Source: an uncultured bacterium (GTDB taxonomy: Bacteria; Oederibacteriota; PGYV01; CAWJRG01). Taken from it: a stretch of DNA of 64,000 nucleotides. A program made the position numbers and the translations under genes. Below are positions 60,982-64,000 of this stretch, piece after piece. Under the pieces are notes generated by a model. It did not search any database and had not been told where the DNA came from. It saw only the letters and a list, made by a program, of their open reading frames with translations. Location of the stretch: assembly GCA_963845185.1 (NCBI GenBank), contig CAWJRG010000005.1:128001-192000 (forward strand), written 5' to 3'. Numbering within the stretch: the stretch's first letter is position 1; each line of letters begins with the position of its first letter.

Positions 60982-62379
60982 ATGCTTATTTTTGATAAAA
61001 AAACAAATCTTTTCGCGGAAGAATTTTACTATTACGAGTTGCAGGACGTTAAAGAGCCTCAGCTTTTCAGGGACATGTTCCCTTACGACGACGTCCCCAG
61101 GGTTATTTTCAACCAGAGGCTCGTGCCGATGAATGTCGTGGACAGCGCCTGGATAACCGACACAACCTTCAGGGACGGGCAGCAGTCGCTACCGCCTTTT
61201 AAGGTTGAAGACATCGTGCATCTTTATGATTTGATGCACAAACTGGACAACGACACCGGCCTCATCAAACAGACAGAATTTTTTCTTTATACGAAAAGGG
61301 ACCGTGAAGCTGTTGAAAAATGCCTTTCACGCGGTTACAAATACCCTGTTGTAACAGGCTGGATAAGGGCTGTCGAGTCTGATTTCAAGCTTGTAAAGGA
61401 AATAGGCCTCAAAGAAACAGGGATATTGACGTCAGTTTCCGATTATCACATATTCCTTAAGCTGAAATGGACACGCAAACAGGCTTTGGATAATTATTTA
61501 AAAATAGCGCGGGCTGCCCTTGATAACGGCATAATACCGCGCTGCCATTTTGAGGATATAACGCGCGCTGATATTTACGGTTTTGTAATACCTTTTGCCC
61601 GTGAACTGATGAAGCTTTCCAAAGAATATAAAATGCCGGTAAAAATAAGGGCCTGCGACACCATGGGTTACGGAGTCGCGATAGCAGGCGCAGCTCTTCC
61701 AAGGAACACCCATGGCATACTGTACGGCCTGAACAAGCATGCCGATGTGCCTTCAGAATGGCTTGAGTGGCACGGGCACAACGACTTTTACCGCGGCCTT
61801 ACAAACGCGGCGCATGCCTGGCTTTACGGATGTTGCGCCGCGAACGGCGCATGGCTGGGCATAGGCGAGCGCACGGGCAACACTCCCATAGAAGCGCTTA
61901 TTATGGAATACCTTTCATTCAGGGGCAGGGCCGCTGTTGAAAAAATAGACACCACGGTCATAACAGAAATAGCCGATTACATGCAGAATGCAATGGGCGT
62001 CGAAGTCCCAGCCAAACAGCCTTTTGTAGGCAAAAATTTCAACGTGACAAAAGCCGGCATACACGCTGACGGAATATCAAAAAACGAGGAAATATACAAC
62101 ATATTCGACACTGAAAAAATCCTGAACAGGCCGCCTGCCGTGAGCATTACGGACAAATCAGGCACTTCCGGAATAGCTTACTGGGTAAATAATTATTTCA
62201 AAATCCCGGCCGCTGAGAAAATATCTAAAGATGTGGAAGGCGTAAAAACCATAAAAACTCTTGTTGACAAGGAATACGAAAGTAACAGGATACTCGGCAT
62301 CTCAGACGAGGAAATGATTGAATATGTAAAAAAGCACCTGCCTGAAATTTACGCCAAGTATTCAAAAAACCTCGGATAA
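60982..62379 (+). CDS. DRE-TIM acyltransferase, probably Re-citrate synthase
   Basis: [47 protein letters not shown]; first gene before icd and mdh. ATG 60982 with GGAGG RBS. Confidence 0.8.
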   Translation: MLIFDKKTNLFAEEFYYYELQDVKEPQLFRDMFPYDDVPRVIFNQRLVPMNVVDSAWITDTTFRDGQQSLPPFKVEDIVHLYDLMHKLDNDTGLIKQTEFFLYTKRDREAVEKCLSRGYKYPVVTGWIRAVESDFKLVKEIGLKETGILTSVSDYHIFLKLKWTRKQALDNYLKIARAALDNGIIPRCHFEDITRADIYGFVIPFARELMKLSKEYKMPVKIRACDTMGYGVAIAGAALPRNTHGILYGLNKHADVPSEWLEWHGHNDFYRGLTNAAHAWLYGCCAANGAWLGIGERTGNTPIEALIMEYLSFRGRAAVEKIDTTVITEIADYMQNAMGVEVPAKQPFVGKNFNVTKAGIHADGISKNEEIYNIFDTEKILNRPPAVSITDKSGTSGIAYWVNNYFKIPAAEKISKDVEGVKTIKTLVDKEYESNRILGISDEEMIEYVKKHLPEIYAKYSKNLG

Positions 62380-62383
62380 AAAC

Positions 62384-63589
62384 ATGCCTGAAAAAATACG
62401 TATTTCCGGTGACGGCCCGCTTCTTGTCCCGGATAACCCCATAATTTGTTTTATTGAGGGTGACGGCATAGGACCTGACATCTGGAAGGCCGCAAAAAAT
62501 GCCGTTGATAAATCCGTCGAGCTTGCTTTTTCAGGAAAGAAAAAAATAGAATGGAAGGAAATCCTTGCCGGCGAAAAAGCAAATAAAAAAACAGGCAGTT
62601 ACCTTCCACAGGAAACAATTGACGCGATAAAAGAATATGTTGTCGCCATAAAAGGCCCGCTTACCACCCCGATAGGCGGGGGCATCAGGAGCTTAAACGT
62701 CACGCTGCGCCAGGAACTCGACCTCTTTGCCTGCGTAAGGCCTGTGAAGTATTTTTCAGGCGTCCCCTCTCCTGTCGTCCATCCCGAAAAACTTAATATA
62801 ATAATCTTCAGGGAAAATACCGAGGATGTTTACGCCGGTATTGAATGGGAAGCAGGAACGGAAGATGCGAAAAAAGTGATTTCTTTCATAAACAGCACTT
62901 TCAATAAAAAAATAATCCCGGAAAGCGGCATCGGCATAAAGCCCATGAGCGAGTTCGGCACGAGGCGCCTCATGAAAATGGCATTGAACTACGCCATGAA
63001 AAATAAAAAGAAAAAAGTAACCATAATGCATAAGGGCAACATCATGAAATATACCGAGGGCGCGTTTGCAAAATGGGCATACAAGGAAGCCTCTGAGAAT
63101 TATAGCAACGTAACAATAAAAGAAGCTGACATCAAGGAAGGCGTTGATATAGCCGGAAAAATCATCGTTAATGACCGCATAGCTGATTCAATGTTCCAGC
63201 AGATACTGTTAAGGCCTGACGAATACGAGGTGATTGTCACGCCAAATTTAAACGGTGATTATATATCAGACGCAGCAGCAGCGCAGGTAGGCGGCCTTGG
63301 CATGGCTCCGGGCGCGAACATAGGCAAGTACGCCATGTTCGAGGCTACCCACGGCACAGCGCCAAAATACGCTGGCCAGGACAAGGTAAACCCCGGCTCC
63401 CTGATACTTTCCGCTGTCATGATGCTTGAGCATATCGGCTGGGAAAAAGCCGCAAATCTGGTTGTAAAAGGCATTGAAAATACCATTAAACAAAAATATG
63501 TAACTTATGACCTTGCCCGGCAGATGCAGGGCGCGCATGAAGTTAAATGCTCGGAATTTGCCGGCAAGATTATTGAAAACATGAAATAG
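62384..63589 (+). CDS. icd: NADP-dependent isocitrate dehydrogenase
   Basis: [46 protein letters not shown]. Confidence 0.97.
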   Translation: MPEKIRISGDGPLLVPDNPIICFIEGDGIGPDIWKAAKNAVDKSVELAFSGKKKIEWKEILAGEKANKKTGSYLPQETIDAIKEYVVAIKGPLTTPIGGGIRSLNVTLRQELDLFACVRPVKYFSGVPSPVVHPEKLNIIIFRENTEDVYAGIEWEAGTEDAKKVISFINSTFNKKIIPESGIGIKPMSEFGTRRLMKMALNYAMKNKKKKVTIMHKGNIMKYTEGAFAKWAYKEASENYSNVTIKEADIKEGVDIAGKIIVNDRIADSMFQQILLRPDEYEVIVTPNLNGDYISDAAAAQVGGLGMAPGANIGKYAMFEATHGTAPKYAGQDKVNPGSLILSAVMMLEHIGWEKAANLVVKGIENTIKQKYVTYDLARQMQGAHEVKCSEFAGKIIENMK

Positions 63590-63599
63590 CAGGCTTCTA

Positions 63600-64000
63600 A
63601 TGAAAAACAAAATAGGCATAATAGGCGCGGGAAATGTCGGCGCCACTATAGCTCATCTCTGCCTTATGAAAGACCTCGGCGATATTTATCTCCTCGACAT
63701 CAACCGTGACATGGCCGAAGGCAAGGCCATTGACTTGAACCAGTCAAAATATTTATTCAATTCAGACGCTGAAATAATCGGCGGCGACGATTACGACAAA
63801 CTTTTTGCATGTGATTATGTGGTTATAACAGCCGGATTTCCCAGGAAACCGGGCATGAGCAGGGATGACCTTCTTTTCAAGAACTTCGAAATCATCAAGG
63901 ACATTTCCCTTAAAATCAAGGAATCCAAAAAAGCGCCTATGATAATAGTCGTGACAAACCCGCTGGATATAATGACTTACGCGGTTTACAAAATAACAGG
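63600..64000 (+). CDS. mdh: Malate dehydrogenase (LDH-like), partial
   Basis: Hand translation from ATG 63600: IGIIGAGNVG, GKAIDL, TAGFPRKPGMSRDDL (Arg specificity loop), VVTNPLD. Confidence 0.92.
   Translation, partial: MKNKIGIIGAGNVGATIAHLCLMKDLGDIYLLDINRDMAEGKAIDLNQSKYLFNSDAEIIGGDDYDKLFACDYVVITAGFPRKPGMSRDDLLFKNFEIIKDISLKIKESKKAPMIIVVTNPLDIMTYAVYKIT

Overview
Bacterial chromosomal window, almost all on the minus strand until ~60.6 kb, from a probably anaerobic, diderm, polysaccharide-degrading organism. The gene repertoire suggests a non-Bacteroidota lineage such as Ca. Goldiibacteriota or a relative; this is inference only. Contents from left to right: (1) a type IV pilus cluster (pilQ partial, pilP/O/N/M, pilD with an apparent ATC start, two tandem pilins, pilC, pilT, a PilZ protein). 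(2) rtcB directly behind tRNA-Glu(UUC), glgA, two sugar-catabolic genes and two carbohydrate-binding-like lipoproteins. (3) A frameshifted AAA+/DUF4143 gene and the iorB-paaK-ACT-iorA cluster. (4) A ~35 kb glycan-degradation/secretion region (23-58 kb) with four PorV/FadL-like barrels, two SLH-coiled-coil-barrel outer-membrane proteins, CBM9/CBM11-like proteins, a GH9 and two giant duplicated GH8 enzymes with T9SS-like C-terminal domains (CTDs), a LacI regulator and an ECF sigma/anti-sigma pair. (5) purH and a Re-citrate synthase-like/icd/mdh operon. The most notable candidate system: once a 1-nt frameshift is repaired, the zinc-binding anti-sigma ends in a secretion-signal-like (FlgD-Ig/T9SS-type) CTD. 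An ECF-type promoter G(G/A)AACTT-N15-GTC(TAA/ATA) precedes the anti-sigma gene and both giant GH8 genes. Together these suggest a secretion-coupled sigma switch controlling T9SS-like cargo. All calls come from reading the sequence; no database searches were run.
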